Source: Candidatus Omnitrophota bacterium
GTDB taxonomy: Bacteria; Omnitrophota; Gorgyraeia; Zapsychrales; Fredricksoniimonadaceae
Reading direction: 5' to 3'
NCBI GenBank assembly: GCA_903836515.1
Contig: CAILQW010000061.1
Coordinates: 1-61,339, forward strand
DNA length: 61,339 bases
Shown: positions 9,229 through 20,842 of the stretch, piece by piece
Layout of the letters: each line of letters begins with the position of its first letter
Position numbering within the stretch: the stretch's first letter is position 1
The notes under the pieces: generated by a model
The model's database searches: none
The model's input: the letters and a program-made list of their open reading frames with translations, nothing else
Told to the model about the DNA's origin: nothing
Made by a program: the position numbers and the translations under genes

Positions 9229-9495
9229 ATGGCGTCATCGTATACCGGAACATTTCGCTGTGTGATCCTCAGCGCCAAACAATTGATCTTTGAGGGCGAG
9301 GTGAACAGCGTTTTTATTTCCGGCGACCGCGGCGAGTACGAGCTTTTAGCCTATCATTACCCCTTGATCGGGATCGTGGCCGGGGATGTGGTCCTGGACT
9401 GGGATAAACGCCTTGTGGTCAAGGGCGGTGTTGTCAGGTTTTTCGCGAACGAATGCACGATCATGATTGAAGAAAAACAGGTCGCATCCGAATGA
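9229..9495 (+). CDS. atpC: F-type ATPase epsilon-like subunit, N-terminal beta domain only
   Basis: FRCVILSAKQLIFEGEVNSVFISGDRGEYELLAYHYPLI matches the epsilon N-terminal pattern. 88 aa, no C-terminal helical hairpin. Confidence 0.8.
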   Translation: MASSYTGTFRCVILSAKQLIFEGEVNSVFISGDRGEYELLAYHYPLIGIVAGDVVLDWDKRLVVKGGVVRFFANECTIMIEEKQVASE

Positions 9496-9546
9496 AGAGG
9501 CGTTTCCCCGGCAGGGGATGCGGGCGATAACCAGAAAAGGGAAGGT

Positions 9547-9768
9547 ATGCTGGCAGAAACATTCATTATCCTGATGGTTATGTTCATCGCGGTCCTGGGT
9601 CCGTCTTTGGTTATTTCGGTGCTGGGGTACGCGGTCATCATGGCGTTAAGCCGCAACCCGTCCGCGGCGTCCAAGATTTTCATGGGCATGGCGATCATGC
9701 TGGTGTTCGTCGAGGCGATCTCGATCATTTCGATCCTGATCATTTTTCAGCTTTTTTCGGCAAAATAA
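9547..9768 (+). CDS. atpE: F-type ATPase c-like subunit
   Basis: 73 aa, two TM helices, loop SRNP, conserved carboxylate in FVEA. Confidence 0.85.
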   Translation: MLAETFIILMVMFIAVLGPSLVISVLGYAVIMALSRNPSAASKIFMGMAIMLVFVEAISIISILIIFQLFSAK

Positions 9769-9809
9769 GTTCTGCGGCCGGGGACAGGGCCTGCGGGAGG
9801 GCATGATAC

Positions 9810-10046
9810 ATGGGCGAGCGGTTCATCTATTGGAATGAAGGCCTGGTCTTTATAGGGCTCTTGACGTTCATCGTCGGTGTCCCTTGCCTGGCGGTGGCCA
9901 TTCTCGGGACCCGGCTTATCAACCATATCGGCCGTTATCCCACCAAAAGCGCACGGCTGCAGATGGGTATTTGCAGCCAGCTTCTGGTCATTGTGATCTT
10001 TTCCTTCTTTCTGTTGGCGTTATTTTTTCATGTTTTCTCAGATTAA
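9810..10046 (+). CDS. Second c-like subunit lacking the ion-binding Glu
   Basis: 78 aa, two TM helices, loop GRYP. Aligns without gaps to the preceding c subunit, with Val at the Glu position. Confidence 0.65.
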   Translation: MGERFIYWNEGLVFIGLLTFIVGVPCLAVAILGTRLINHIGRYPTKSARLQMGICSQLLVIVIFSFFLLALFFHVFSD

Positions 10047-10060
10047 CCAAGGAGTTTAAG

Positions 10061-10816
10061 ATGAACGTCCAGTTAATGGTTGGTTTTGTGCTCAGTCAGG
10101 TCGTCGTGTTCGGCGCTATCCTGGGGCTCCTTTATTATTTCTATGTTTCGCAGACGGACGGGGCCAAACAGCGCCTTGAGCGCGATGCGGAAGCCGCCCG
10201 CGCCCGCGAGGCTGAGCTTAACCGCAAGATCAAGGCTGCGGACGAGGAGCTTGCCGCCCGCCGGAAGGAGCTCGACCAGCTTGAACAGAAAATGAAGATC
10301 GAACTCGAGGCCGAGTCGGCCAAGCACCGGGAAGAGCTGGTCCAGAAGGCCCGCGCGGAAGCGGAAGAGATCATCACCAAGGCCCAGAACGCCGCTGACG
10401 GCATCAGGCGCGATATCGAGAAACAGATGGAACTGAAGATCATCGATCATTCCGTTAATATTCTGGGCGGGGTGTTGACCCGCGGGGCCAGGGTCTCCCT
10501 GGAGAAAGACCTTCTCGAGGAGTTCATCGAACAGTTGAAGAACGTGGACATGTCCCGGATCAGCCTGGACATCAAGAAAGCGGATGTGATCACGTCGGCC
10601 GGGCTGGGCGATACGGATGTCAAGCGCATCAGCGATATCATCAGGGCCAAGACCGGGCGGGACATTGCCCTTAACGCCAAGACCGATGACGCCCATGTGG
10701 CAGGGGTTGTGATCCACTTCGGGAGTCTGCAGCTTGACGGGAGCATTAAAGCGGCGGTCAGGGATGCGGCCTCTGCGCTCAAGGCCGATGTCGAGAAGTC
10801 TTCACAGAAAAAATAA
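10061..10816 (+). CDS. atpF: F-type ATPase b-delta fusion subunit
   Basis: RBS AAGGAG then ATG at 10061. N-terminal TM, long coiled coil, C-terminal delta-like segment (VITSAGL...VAGVVIHFGSLQLDGSI). Confidence 0.82.
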   Translation: MNVQLMVGFVLSQVVVFGAILGLLYYFYVSQTDGAKQRLERDAEAARAREAELNRKIKAADEELAARRKELDQLEQKMKIELEAESAKHREELVQKARAEAEEIITKAQNAADGIRRDIEKQMELKIIDHSVNILGGVLTRGARVSLEKDLLEEFIEQLKNVDMSRISLDIKKADVITSAGLGDTDVKRISDIIRAKTGRDIALNAKTDDAHVAGVVIHFGSLQLDGSIKAAVRDAASALKADVEKSSQKK

Positions 10817-10849
10817 CCATCCCTCCGCGCGGGGCGGGTAAGGTATTTT

Positions 10850-13175
<2,326 letters not shown>

Positions 13176-13177
13176 CC

Positions 13178-14899
13178 ATGCTGAAGCCCGCTGTCAACAA
13201 GACCGTCGGCGAGATCCTTGTCAAGCGTGCTCTTCTTGACGAGGACGGGATGAAGCAGGCCTGTGCGCAGGCCCGTCACGAGAATCTGCGCCTCACCGAC
13301 TACCTGGTCCGTGCCGGTATCCTTAAGGCCCGGGACATCCTTGATGCCCTGTGCGCCGGGATCCCCTGTGATGCTGTGGACTTAAAAGCGCTCGCCATCG
13401 ATAAAAGTGTCATTGAGCGCGTCCCCGTCAAGTTTGCTTCGTATTACCGGTTCATGCCCTTGGCCATCGAAGGGCAGAAGCTGACCCTGGCGGCTTCCGA
13501 GCCGCTCGATATCCATACCCAGGACGATATCCGCGCTCATCTGGGCCTCGAACCCAAGTGCGTTTTGGCCAGCGCCTGGGATGTGGAGGAAGCCCTGAAG
13601 AAATATTACGGGTTCGCTTCGGACACCATCGACAGGATATTGACCCGTGATCCCAAACGTTTCCGCGAACAATCCGGTGATCATGCGGCGATCGAGGATA
13701 TCGAGCGCCAGAGCGAGGACCCGACGGTCACGAAGCTCGTCAATGAGATCATCCTGGAAGCCTACCAGAAGCGCGCCACCGATATTCATATCGAGCCTTA
13801 CCGCAACAGGGTCCGTTTCCGTTACCGCATCGACGGGGTCCTGATCGATGCCAATCTGCCGCCGGAAGCGCGGCATTTTCTGGCCGCCATTCTTTCGCGC
13901 ATCAAGATCATGGCTGAACTGAGCATCACCGAAAAACGCAAGCCGCTCGACGGGAGCGCGGTGGTGCGCGTGGGCGGGCAGGCTTTGGACTTGAGGGTGT
14001 CGACCATTCCTGCCCTGCACGGGGAAAGCATGGTTATCCGCCTTCTGCCGACCACATCGGAGCTCCTTAACCTTGAGAAGCTCGGCTTTAACGCGGATAA
14101 TGCCCGGCGTTTCCGCGATCTTGTCCGGCGTCCCCACGGGGTGGTCTTTGTGACCGGGCCTACGGGCAGCGGCAAGACAACGACCCTTTACGCGTGCCTG
14201 AACGAGATCAACGACCCTTCCCGCAAGATCATCACCATCGAGGATCCCGTAGAGTACGAGATGGACGGCATCACGCAGATCCAGGTGAACGCGGATGTCA
14301 ATTTCAGCTTTGCCGACGGACTTCGCAGCGTCCTGCGTCATGACCCTGATATCCTGATGGTGGGTGAGGTGCGCGACACGGAGACCGCCAACATCGCCAT
14401 CCGTACGGCCCTCACCGGGCATCTTGTTTTTTCATCCCTTCATACCAACGATGCGGCCAGCGCCGTGACGCGCCTGGTGGACATGGGAGTTGAACCCTAC
14501 CTGGTCGCCTCGAGTGTCCAGGCGTTTGTGGCCCAGCGGCTCGTCCGGGTCATTTGCCCGCACTGCCGGGAAGAGGATGCCTCATCCCTGACGGATATCC
14601 GCCAGGAGATCGCCCGCAGCCTTGGCGATGTCGAGGCCTCCCGGGTTGTCATTTTTCGGGGTCGTGGCTGTGATGCCTGCAATAATACGGGGTATTACGG
14701 GCGGACAGCCATTTACGAGATATTGGAACTTGACGAGCAGATCCGGGCCGTTATCCTGGACAAGCCACGGGCCGAGGAGATCCGGCGTATCGCCATTGAG
14801 CGCGGTATGCGCACCCTGCGCCAGGACGGATGGAAGAATGTGGCCAACGGGGTGACCACTCCGGCGGAAGTCATGAACGTGACCATGAAAGAGGATTGA
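13178..14899 (+). CDS. gspE: T2SS/T4P assembly ATPase (GspE/PilB family)
   Basis: GPTGSGKTTT, TIEDPVEY, LRHDPDILMVGEVRD, TGHLVFSSLHTND, CPHC...CDAC zinc motif. Confidence 0.95.
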   Translation: MLKPAVNKTVGEILVKRALLDEDGMKQACAQARHENLRLTDYLVRAGILKARDILDALCAGIPCDAVDLKALAIDKSVIERVPVKFASYYRFMPLAIEGQKLTLAASEPLDIHTQDDIRAHLGLEPKCVLASAWDVEEALKKYYGFASDTIDRILTRDPKRFREQSGDHAAIEDIERQSEDPTVTKLVNEIILEAYQKRATDIHIEPYRNRVRFRYRIDGVLIDANLPPEARHFLAAILSRIKIMAELSITEKRKPLDGSAVVRVGGQALDLRVSTIPALHGESMVIRLLPTTSELLNLEKLGFNADNARRFRDLVRRPHGVVFVTGPTGSGKTTTLYACLNEINDPSRKIITIEDPVEYEMDGITQIQVNADVNFSFADGLRSVLRHDPDILMVGEVRDTETANIAIRTALTGHLVFSSLHTNDAASAVTRLVDMGVEPYLVASSVQAFVAQRLVRVICPHCREEDASSLTDIRQEIARSLGDVEASRVVIFRGRGCDACNNTGYYGRTAIYEILELDEQIRAVILDKPRAEEIRRIAIERGMRTLRQDGWKNVANGVTTPAEVMNVTMKED

Positions 14900-14904
14900 T
14901 CCCG

Positions 14905-16119
14905 GTGCCGGTATTTATTTATAAAGCCAAGAAAGAAGATGCCGTGACCGTGACGGGGGAAGTCACGGCGCGCGATGCCGACGAGGCCCTGGACATGGTG
15001 GTCCGCCAGGGCTTGCTGCCGGTCAGTGTCGATGAAAAGGGGGCCAATGCCCTTCCCGGTGCTGTCCGGGGGCAGGGGGTCAAGCCGCGCCAGATCCATG
15101 CCTTTACCCGTCAGCTGGGGAGCCTGCTCAGGTCGGGCGTTCCTCTGCTGAGGGCGCTTGAGGTCCTCGCACGCCAGATGCATGCGCCCCGTGACGCGCA
15201 TTTCGCGGGCATTGTCCGTGATGTGGCGCTCAATCTGCGCAACGGCCGTTCATTTTCAGCCTGTCTCGCCGAGCATCCCCGGGTGTTCGCGGATATTTAT
15301 GTCACCATGGTCCGCGCCGGTGAGGAAAGCGGGCGGTTGAAAGAAGTTCTCGAAAGCCTGGCCGTCTACGAACGCAAGCAGGATGAAATCGCCCGCCAGG
15401 TACGCGGCGCCCTGGTGTATCCGGCGTTCATGCTGATGGTGGGGGTGTGTACCGTTTTCTTTATCCTGAGTTTTGTGATGCCCAAGATCGCTGTTCTTTT
15501 TGAAGGTATGCGTGTCGCCCTGCCGTGGCCGACCCGGTTTGTCATGGGCTTAAGCCGGGCTGTCCGCGTGGCGTGGCCCGTATTGCTGGGCCTGGCCATG
15601 GCCGCGGCCGCGGGCGCGCGTTTTATGGCCCTGGCCCCGCAGATCCGCCGCAGGTTCATGGCGTTTGTGGCCGCGCTGCCCTTCATCCGTGAATTCACGG
15701 TCAAGACGGATATGGAACGTTTTGCCCGCACCCTGGCCCTGCTTTTGGGGAGCGGTGTCCCGATCCTCAAGGCCCTGGAGACGGCGGTGCCATCCCTGGC
15801 GTATGAGCCGTTGCGGCGGGAGCTTTCCCTTTGCCAGGAGCGTGTGGCGGGCGGCGCATCCCTGGGGGCGTGCCTGCGCGAATCGCCGCATATTCCCGAC
15901 ATCATGGTGCAGATCATCGCGATTGGCGAGGAAACCGGGGAACTGGCCGGGTCGCTTAAGGACGTTGCCGATACGTATGAACAGGAGATCGCCGAAACCA
16001 CCCGTTCGATGACGACGCTCCTGGAACCGCTCCTGATCCTGGCTGTGGGGCTTGTGGTGGGATTTATTGTCCTGGCGATGCTGCTGCCCATCTTCCGGAT
16101 GGACATGTTCGCTTCCTGA
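14905..16119 (+). CDS. gspF: T2SS/T4P inner-membrane platform protein (GspF/PilC)
   Basis: GTG start after GAGGA gives MPVFIYKAK. FTRQLGSLLRSGVPLLRAL, MVRAGEESG, IAIGEETGEL, three TM segments. Confidence 0.93.
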   Translation: MPVFIYKAKKEDAVTVTGEVTARDADEALDMVVRQGLLPVSVDEKGANALPGAVRGQGVKPRQIHAFTRQLGSLLRSGVPLLRALEVLARQMHAPRDAHFAGIVRDVALNLRNGRSFSACLAEHPRVFADIYVTMVRAGEESGRLKEVLESLAVYERKQDEIARQVRGALVYPAFMLMVGVCTVFFILSFVMPKIAVLFEGMRVALPWPTRFVMGLSRAVRVAWPVLLGLAMAAAAGARFMALAPQIRRRFMAFVAALPFIREFTVKTDMERFARTLALLLGSGVPILKALETAVPSLAYEPLRRELSLCQERVAGGASLGACLRESPHIPDIMVQIIAIGEETGELAGSLKDVADTYEQEIAETTRSMTTLLEPLLILAVGLVVGFIVLAMLLPIFRMDMFAS

Positions 16120-16217
16120 TTTATTATTTTTACACCCCGAATTTTTTCAGTTGTGGTATTTTTATTACATCAGCAGGGCGATGCCTTTGCTTGGGATAAC
16201 CATCAGGGAGGTTCGAT

Positions 16218-16643
16218 ATGATTGACGGCACAACCATGTTTCGGCGCCGGGGGTTCACGCTCATCGAGATCATGCTTGTGGTCATCATCATCGGGGCGCT
16301 GGCCGCGATGATCGTCCCGCGCCTGGCGGGGCGTTCCGAACAGGCCAAGGCCGCGGTCGCTAAAGCGGACCTGATGAACATCGCCACGGCGCTTAAGCTT
16401 TATGAGCTGGATAACGGGGGATTTCCTGCTACGGCCCAGGGGCTTGCTGCCTTGCGCGAACGACCTTCCGGTGCGCCCGTTCCCCGGAACTGGAACGGCC
16501 CTTACCTTGAAAAAGACCCTGTGGATCCGTGGGGGAATGCGTATATTTATGCCGCACCGGGAACGCACCGCCCGGATTATGACCTTTCATCCAGGGGCAA
16601 GGATGTGGCTTCAGCGGATGATGATGTTGTCAACTGGCAGTAG
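16218..16643 (+). CDS. gspG: Major pseudopilin GspG
   Basis: RBS GGAGG. G|FTLIEIMLVVIIIG prepilin motif, LKLYELDNGGFP, WNGPYL...DPWG. Confidence 0.93.
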   Translation: MIDGTTMFRRRGFTLIEIMLVVIIIGALAAMIVPRLAGRSEQAKAAVAKADLMNIATALKLYELDNGGFPATAQGLAALRERPSGAPVPRNWNGPYLEKDPVDPWGNAYIYAAPGTHRPDYDLSSRGKDVASADDDVVNWQ

Positions 16644-17064
16644 CCGTTCCCGGCGCCGGCAGGGCATCACCTTCATTGAAGTGATGCTGGCGGTGGTCAT
16701 CCTGTCGGGAGGGCTTGTGGCGCTTTACCGGTGTTTCTTTTCCGCCGTGGATTATCTGGACCGCCTGTCCACGCGGCTGTATGCGTTCAATCTCCTTGAA
16801 GGGCGTATGGCCGCGGTCGAGAAAGAGTTTCGTTCCCCGAAGGATTTTGATATCGGTCTGCTGGATGAAGAAGTCGTGATCAACAACCGTCCCGTGGCGT
16901 TCCATTATAATGTTAACCTGAAACCTGTGGGCACCCTCCTGTCGGTCTTTGAACTGGACATGGACCTTTCGTGGCAGGAGCGCGGGCGCCGTGTCACGCT
17001 TTCGCGCACGGCCTATGTTTCAGGTGTCACCGCCATATCCCCGGCGGAAGGGAAGGGAACCTGA
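16621..17064 (+). CDS. Minor pseudopilin, GspI-like
   Basis: RRQG|ITFIEVMLAVVIL prepilin motif. Start ambiguous among ATGs at 16618, 16621 and 16624. Confidence 0.78.
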   Translation: MMLSTGSSRSRRRQGITFIEVMLAVVILSGGLVALYRCFFSAVDYLDRLSTRLYAFNLLEGRMAAVEKEFRSPKDFDIGLLDEEVVINNRPVAFHYNVNLKPVGTLLSVFELDMDLSWQERGRRVTLSRTAYVSGVTAISPAEGKGT

Positions 17065-17651
17065 TGCGCCGGCGCGCCTTCACCTTTATCGAGATCATGC
17101 TGGTAGCGGCTCTTTTTGCCATTCTGTCGACCGCCATTTTTACGTGTCTGCTTAACGGGATCAGGCTCTCGGACCGGGCCCGCCAGATGATGTCCGGAGA
17201 GGATTCGCTTATTTTCTTCGACCGCATGGCCTCGGACCTGCGCAACACGTTTCATTTTGCCAACATCGATCTAGCCGGTGAAGAGGGGCGCATGGCATTC
17301 CCGTGCGTTGTCTGGACGCCGGCCGACCGTGTGAGCATGCGTGCCCCTGAAGGCGTTGTCGACCAGATCGGCCGTGTGGCGTATGATTATGATCCTGTGC
17401 GTGAAGCTGTGGTCCGCCGCCAGGCCAATTATTCCCAGGCGATGGCCGGGGGGTGGGGGGCTGACACGGTGCTGGTCAAGGGGGTCAAGGGGCTGCGCTT
17501 CCGTTATTTTCACGGCGTATCCGGCGAAGCGTCCACGCACCTGGAACCCACGGACGAGATACCTTCCGGTGTTGAGGTCGAACTCCATGTGATCCAGGCG
17601 GGAGAAGAACGGGTGCTCAAACGTTATATCGCTATTCCGGCGGGGGTGTAA
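17064..17651 (+). CDS. Minor pseudopilin, GspJ-like
   Basis: TGATG overlap with the upstream gene. MRRRA|FTFIEIMLVAAL, RMASDLRN. Confidence 0.8.
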   Translation: MRRRAFTFIEIMLVAALFAILSTAIFTCLLNGIRLSDRARQMMSGEDSLIFFDRMASDLRNTFHFANIDLAGEEGRMAFPCVVWTPADRVSMRAPEGVVDQIGRVAYDYDPVREAVVRRQANYSQAMAGGWGADTVLVKGVKGLRFRYFHGVSGEASTHLEPTDEIPSGVEVELHVIQAGEERVLKRYIAIPAGV

Positions 17652-18671
17652 ATGGCGGTCGTGAGGCGGCATGGTTTTATCCTGATCACCGCGTTATGGA
17701 CGCTGACCTTCTTGTCGGTTCTGGCGGTGATGCTGTTGGCCGGGGTCCGCCAGAGGATTGTTCTTTTTCAGCGCCTTGAGGACCGTGCCCGTGTGCAGGC
17801 TGCGGCAGAAGCCGGGGTCAAGAAGGCGGAGGCCATGACGCTTGATGCCCTGGAGGATCCCTCCGTGGCGGCCGTTGTGGTCAAACAGCGCCTGCACAAC
17901 AATCCTGCAGAATTCGCCGGCATGGATGTCGGAGGGGTTGCCGTCGAGGTTGTCCCTGATGCGCTGGATCCGGGCACGGGGGCCGTGGGCACGGCGTGGG
18001 GGGTGGCGGACGAGCAGTCAAAGATCAACTTAAACACGTCTTCCCGCGAGATCCTGGCCCGCCTGGTGACCGAGGCTCTCGGCTGGAACGGGGTCGAGGC
18101 ACGCGCCCTGGCTGATGCCATCGCCGACTGGCGGGATTACGGCCAGCATAGCACGGAGGGTTTTTTCAACGATGATTATTACAAAAGCCTCGAATTTCCT
18201 TATCCGATGAAAGATGCGGTGTTCGCACGGCCCGACGAGCTGCTGCTGGTGAAAGGGGTCAATGCAAAGATCTACGAAACATTACTGCCCTTCATCACCG
18301 TCTACGGGGACGGGCATGTCAATATCAATACAGCCTCGCGCCAGGCCCTTGTTGCCCTGGGACTTGATGTCCCGCTTGCCCAGAAGCTTGTGCGCTTCCG
18401 CCGGGGCGCAGACAACCTTGAGGCGACCGCCGATGATCATGTTTTTGCGCGGACATTCGATGTTGCCGCCGATATTGCCGGGAGTGTCAAGCTTGACCCG
18501 TCAGAGGTCCGCCAGATCGACGACCTTAACGCCCGCGACCTGTTGACGTCCGAGTCGGGTATTTATGCGTTTATCAGCCGTGTGCCCGCATCCGCCGGCG
18601 GGTACAAGCGGTCCATCGCGTGTGTTTTCAGTGTTTTTGAGAGCCGTGTCCTCTACTGGTATGAAAAATAA
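17652..18671 (+). CDS. gspK: Minor pseudopilin GspK
   Basis: RRHG|FILITALW (no E5), DEQSKINLNT, LLLVKGV, NINTAS. Confidence 0.88.
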   Translation: MAVVRRHGFILITALWTLTFLSVLAVMLLAGVRQRIVLFQRLEDRARVQAAAEAGVKKAEAMTLDALEDPSVAAVVVKQRLHNNPAEFAGMDVGGVAVEVVPDALDPGTGAVGTAWGVADEQSKINLNTSSREILARLVTEALGWNGVEARALADAIADWRDYGQHSTEGFFNDDYYKSLEFPYPMKDAVFARPDELLLVKGVNAKIYETLLPFITVYGDGHVNINTASRQALVALGLDVPLAQKLVRFRRGADNLEATADDHVFARTFDVAADIAGSVKLDPSEVRQIDDLNARDLLTSESGIYAFISRVPASAGGYKRSIACVFSVFESRVLYWYEK

Positions 18672-18682
18672 TCAATTTTATG

Positions 18683-18712
18683 TTGAAGCCCTTTAAAGAC
18701 ATAGTCTATAAT
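18683..18712 (+). promoter_or_regulatory. Putative sigma70 promoter internal to the T2SS cluster
   Basis: TTGAAG-18-TATAAT in the only AT-rich gap between gspK and the GspL-like gene. Confidence 0.55.
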
Positions 18713-18735
18713 GGTGCCATTAAAGATCGGATCTT

Positions 18736-20226
18736 ATGACGCTCAAATACCGCAAATACATAACAATCGCCATCACCCCGGCAAGCGTGAAGGTGGCTCA
18801 GGTCACCGCCGGAGGTGTGGTTGAGAAGCTTTCGCGCCGTGACATTTCAGGCGGTGCCGCGGATGCGGCCCTGCGCGATGCCCTGGCAGGGTTCCAGACC
18901 CGCAAGGCCGGCATCCTGTGCGTGATCCCGGGCGAAGTGGCCACCACCAAGTTCCTTGATGTCCCTTCGGTTGACAATGACGAAATAGATTCCATCCTCG
19001 GCCTGCAAGCGTCACGGCATACGCCCTTCACCAAGGATGAGATCCTTACCGGTTATGTCAAGATCCGTTCACCGCGTCCGAATTTCACAAGCGTCCTGTT
19101 GATCGTGGTCAAGCGACAGATCGTCAAGGATAAGATCGCCCTCATGCGCGCGGCAGGGCTTGATGTTGCCTCCGTGATATTTGTGCCCGAAGGTGTGGCC
19201 CGTTTTTATGCCCAGGCGCTTAACCTGCGCAAGGGGGGTTCCGCGGTCATCCTTGATATCGATGCGCAGAATACCAATTTCATCATCCTGGCCGAGGGGG
19301 CTGCGGTCATGGCGCGCAGCATTCCTGTTGGGATCGACCAGGTCAAGGCTGATCCGTCGGTTATTGCCCGGATCGTGGATGAAGCTAAAGCGTCGCTGGA
19401 AGCTTTTGAGCAGGAAGGCGGCACCCGTCCGACACGGCTCGTCGTGACATCGAATCATCCTTCCCTGGCTGGCCTGGAAGCGGCGCTGGCCGGGCCGTTG
19501 GCCATGAAACCGGAGTGCCTGCCGTATCAAAATTTTGTCAAGGGCTTTGCCGGGCTGAAGCAGCAGATTTCCAGGGATTTTATCGACGATTCTGCCCTGG
19601 ATGTCATTGCTGCGGGTGTGACGGCAGCGCGATGCGGGGCGGAACTCCTGCCCCAGGAGCTCAAAGACCAGCGCATGGTCGCGGAAAAGGGCGGGGAGAC
19701 CATGAAAGCGGGGATCTTTGTCCTGATGGCTTTTCTTTTTATCGGGGCGGCGCTCCTCAGCCGGGTTTATTTCGAGGATCTTTTCTTCAGGCAGAACCTG
19801 GTTGAAAAATACGCGGGCCAGAAAAAAGAGGTCGGGCTTCTCGAGAAGATGATCGTCAAGACGGGGCTCCTGCGCGATTACCTTCAGGCCAGGCAGATGC
19901 CCCTGGAGGCCATTACGGAACTTTACAGGATCATCCCCCAGGAGATATATCTTTCGGGTGTCACCATGGACGACAAGGGCGAGGTGTCCATCCAGGGCAT
20001 TTCCGAATCCATGTCGCGTGTTTTTGCCTTGGTCACGGCGCTGGAGGATTCGCCTCTTTTCGAGAATGTCAAGACCCGCTCCACCACGGCGAAAAAAGAA
20101 CGCGGCAAGGATGTGGCGGCCTTTGAGATCGTCCTGAAGCTTTCCGCGCCATCTGCCGCGGCTGCCGGTGTCCAAGACCTTAAAACCGCAGGGCAGGGCA
20201 ACCAAGGAGCAGGCCTTGATCAGTAA
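18736..20226 (+). CDS. GspL-like protein (PilM-PilN fusion architecture)
   Basis: Actin-like N-terminus (ITIAITPASVKVAQ; ILDIDAQNTN), single TM, PilN-like periplasmic part (IPQEIYLSGVT...VSIQG). Confidence 0.82.
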   Translation: MTLKYRKYITIAITPASVKVAQVTAGGVVEKLSRRDISGGAADAALRDALAGFQTRKAGILCVIPGEVATTKFLDVPSVDNDEIDSILGLQASRHTPFTKDEILTGYVKIRSPRPNFTSVLLIVVKRQIVKDKIALMRAAGLDVASVIFVPEGVARFYAQALNLRKGGSAVILDIDAQNTNFIILAEGAAVMARSIPVGIDQVKADPSVIARIVDEAKASLEAFEQEGGTRPTRLVVTSNHPSLAGLEAALAGPLAMKPECLPYQNFVKGFAGLKQQISRDFIDDSALDVIAAGVTAARCGAELLPQELKDQRMVAEKGGETMKAGIFVLMAFLFIGAALLSRVYFEDLFFRQNLVEKYAGQKKEVGLLEKMIVKTGLLRDYLQARQMPLEAITELYRIIPQEIYLSGVTMDDKGEVSIQGISESMSRVFALVTALEDSPLFENVKTRSTTAKKERGKDVAAFEIVLKLSAPSAAAAGVQDLKTAGQGNQGAGLDQ

Positions 20227-20842
20227 ATTTATTTCCGGGCTTTCCGCCAATGAGCGCAAGATTCTTATCGTGGCGTCCTTGTTCGTCCTGTTTGCGCTTT
20301 TCGACAGGCTTCTGGTCGGGCCATCGTTTAACCGCATGAAAGAGCTTGACGAGAGTATTGCCAAGGAAGAGGATACGATCCGCCATAACCTGAGGTTCCT
20401 CGATTATAAAAAACGCATTGTGGGTGAAGCGGCCGCCTTCCGTGATTTTTATACGCAGGAGGTCCGCAGCGAGGACGAGGTCATCGCCGATTTCCTGAAG
20501 AAAATGGAACTGCTGGCATCGCAGGCTCAGGTGACCCTCTCGAAGATATCTCCGGCGGGGCAGGACGCCCAGAAAGATTATGTCAAGTATTTCGTGACCA
20601 TGGATTGTTCCGGGAAACTGGAGAGTATCACCAGCCTTGTTTACGCGATCAACAATGCGAAGGCATTGATCAAGGTCGAGAAAATGAGCCTTTCCAGCAA
20701 TGCCCGCAGCGCGGATACGGTCCAGGCGAGCCTTACGGTATCAAAGATGATCGTGGGTGCGGATCCTTCTGTCGAGGCCAAGGATCTTGTCCGGGTGAAG
20801 GAGTCCGACAAGCCCGAGGCCAAGACGGATACAGGTAAATGA
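20216..20842 (+). CDS. GspM/PilO-like protein
   Basis: TTG start after AAGGAG. LSANERKILI-TM-coiled coil-ferredoxin-like segment. Confidence 0.75.
   Translation: MISKFISGLSANERKILIVASLFVLFALFDRLLVGPSFNRMKELDESIAKEEDTIRHNLRFLDYKKRIVGEAAAFRDFYTQEVRSEDEVIADFLKKMELLASQAQVTLSKISPAGQDAQKDYVKYFVTMDCSGKLESITSLVYAINNAKALIKVEKMSLSSNARSADTVQASLTVSKMIVGADPSVEAKDLVRVKESDKPEAKTDTGK

Noticed and set aside
9357-9743. Minus-strand hydrophobic ORF as a hidden subunit a
   Set aside because: It is the antisense shadow of atpE, too short, and has no a-subunit Arg motif.
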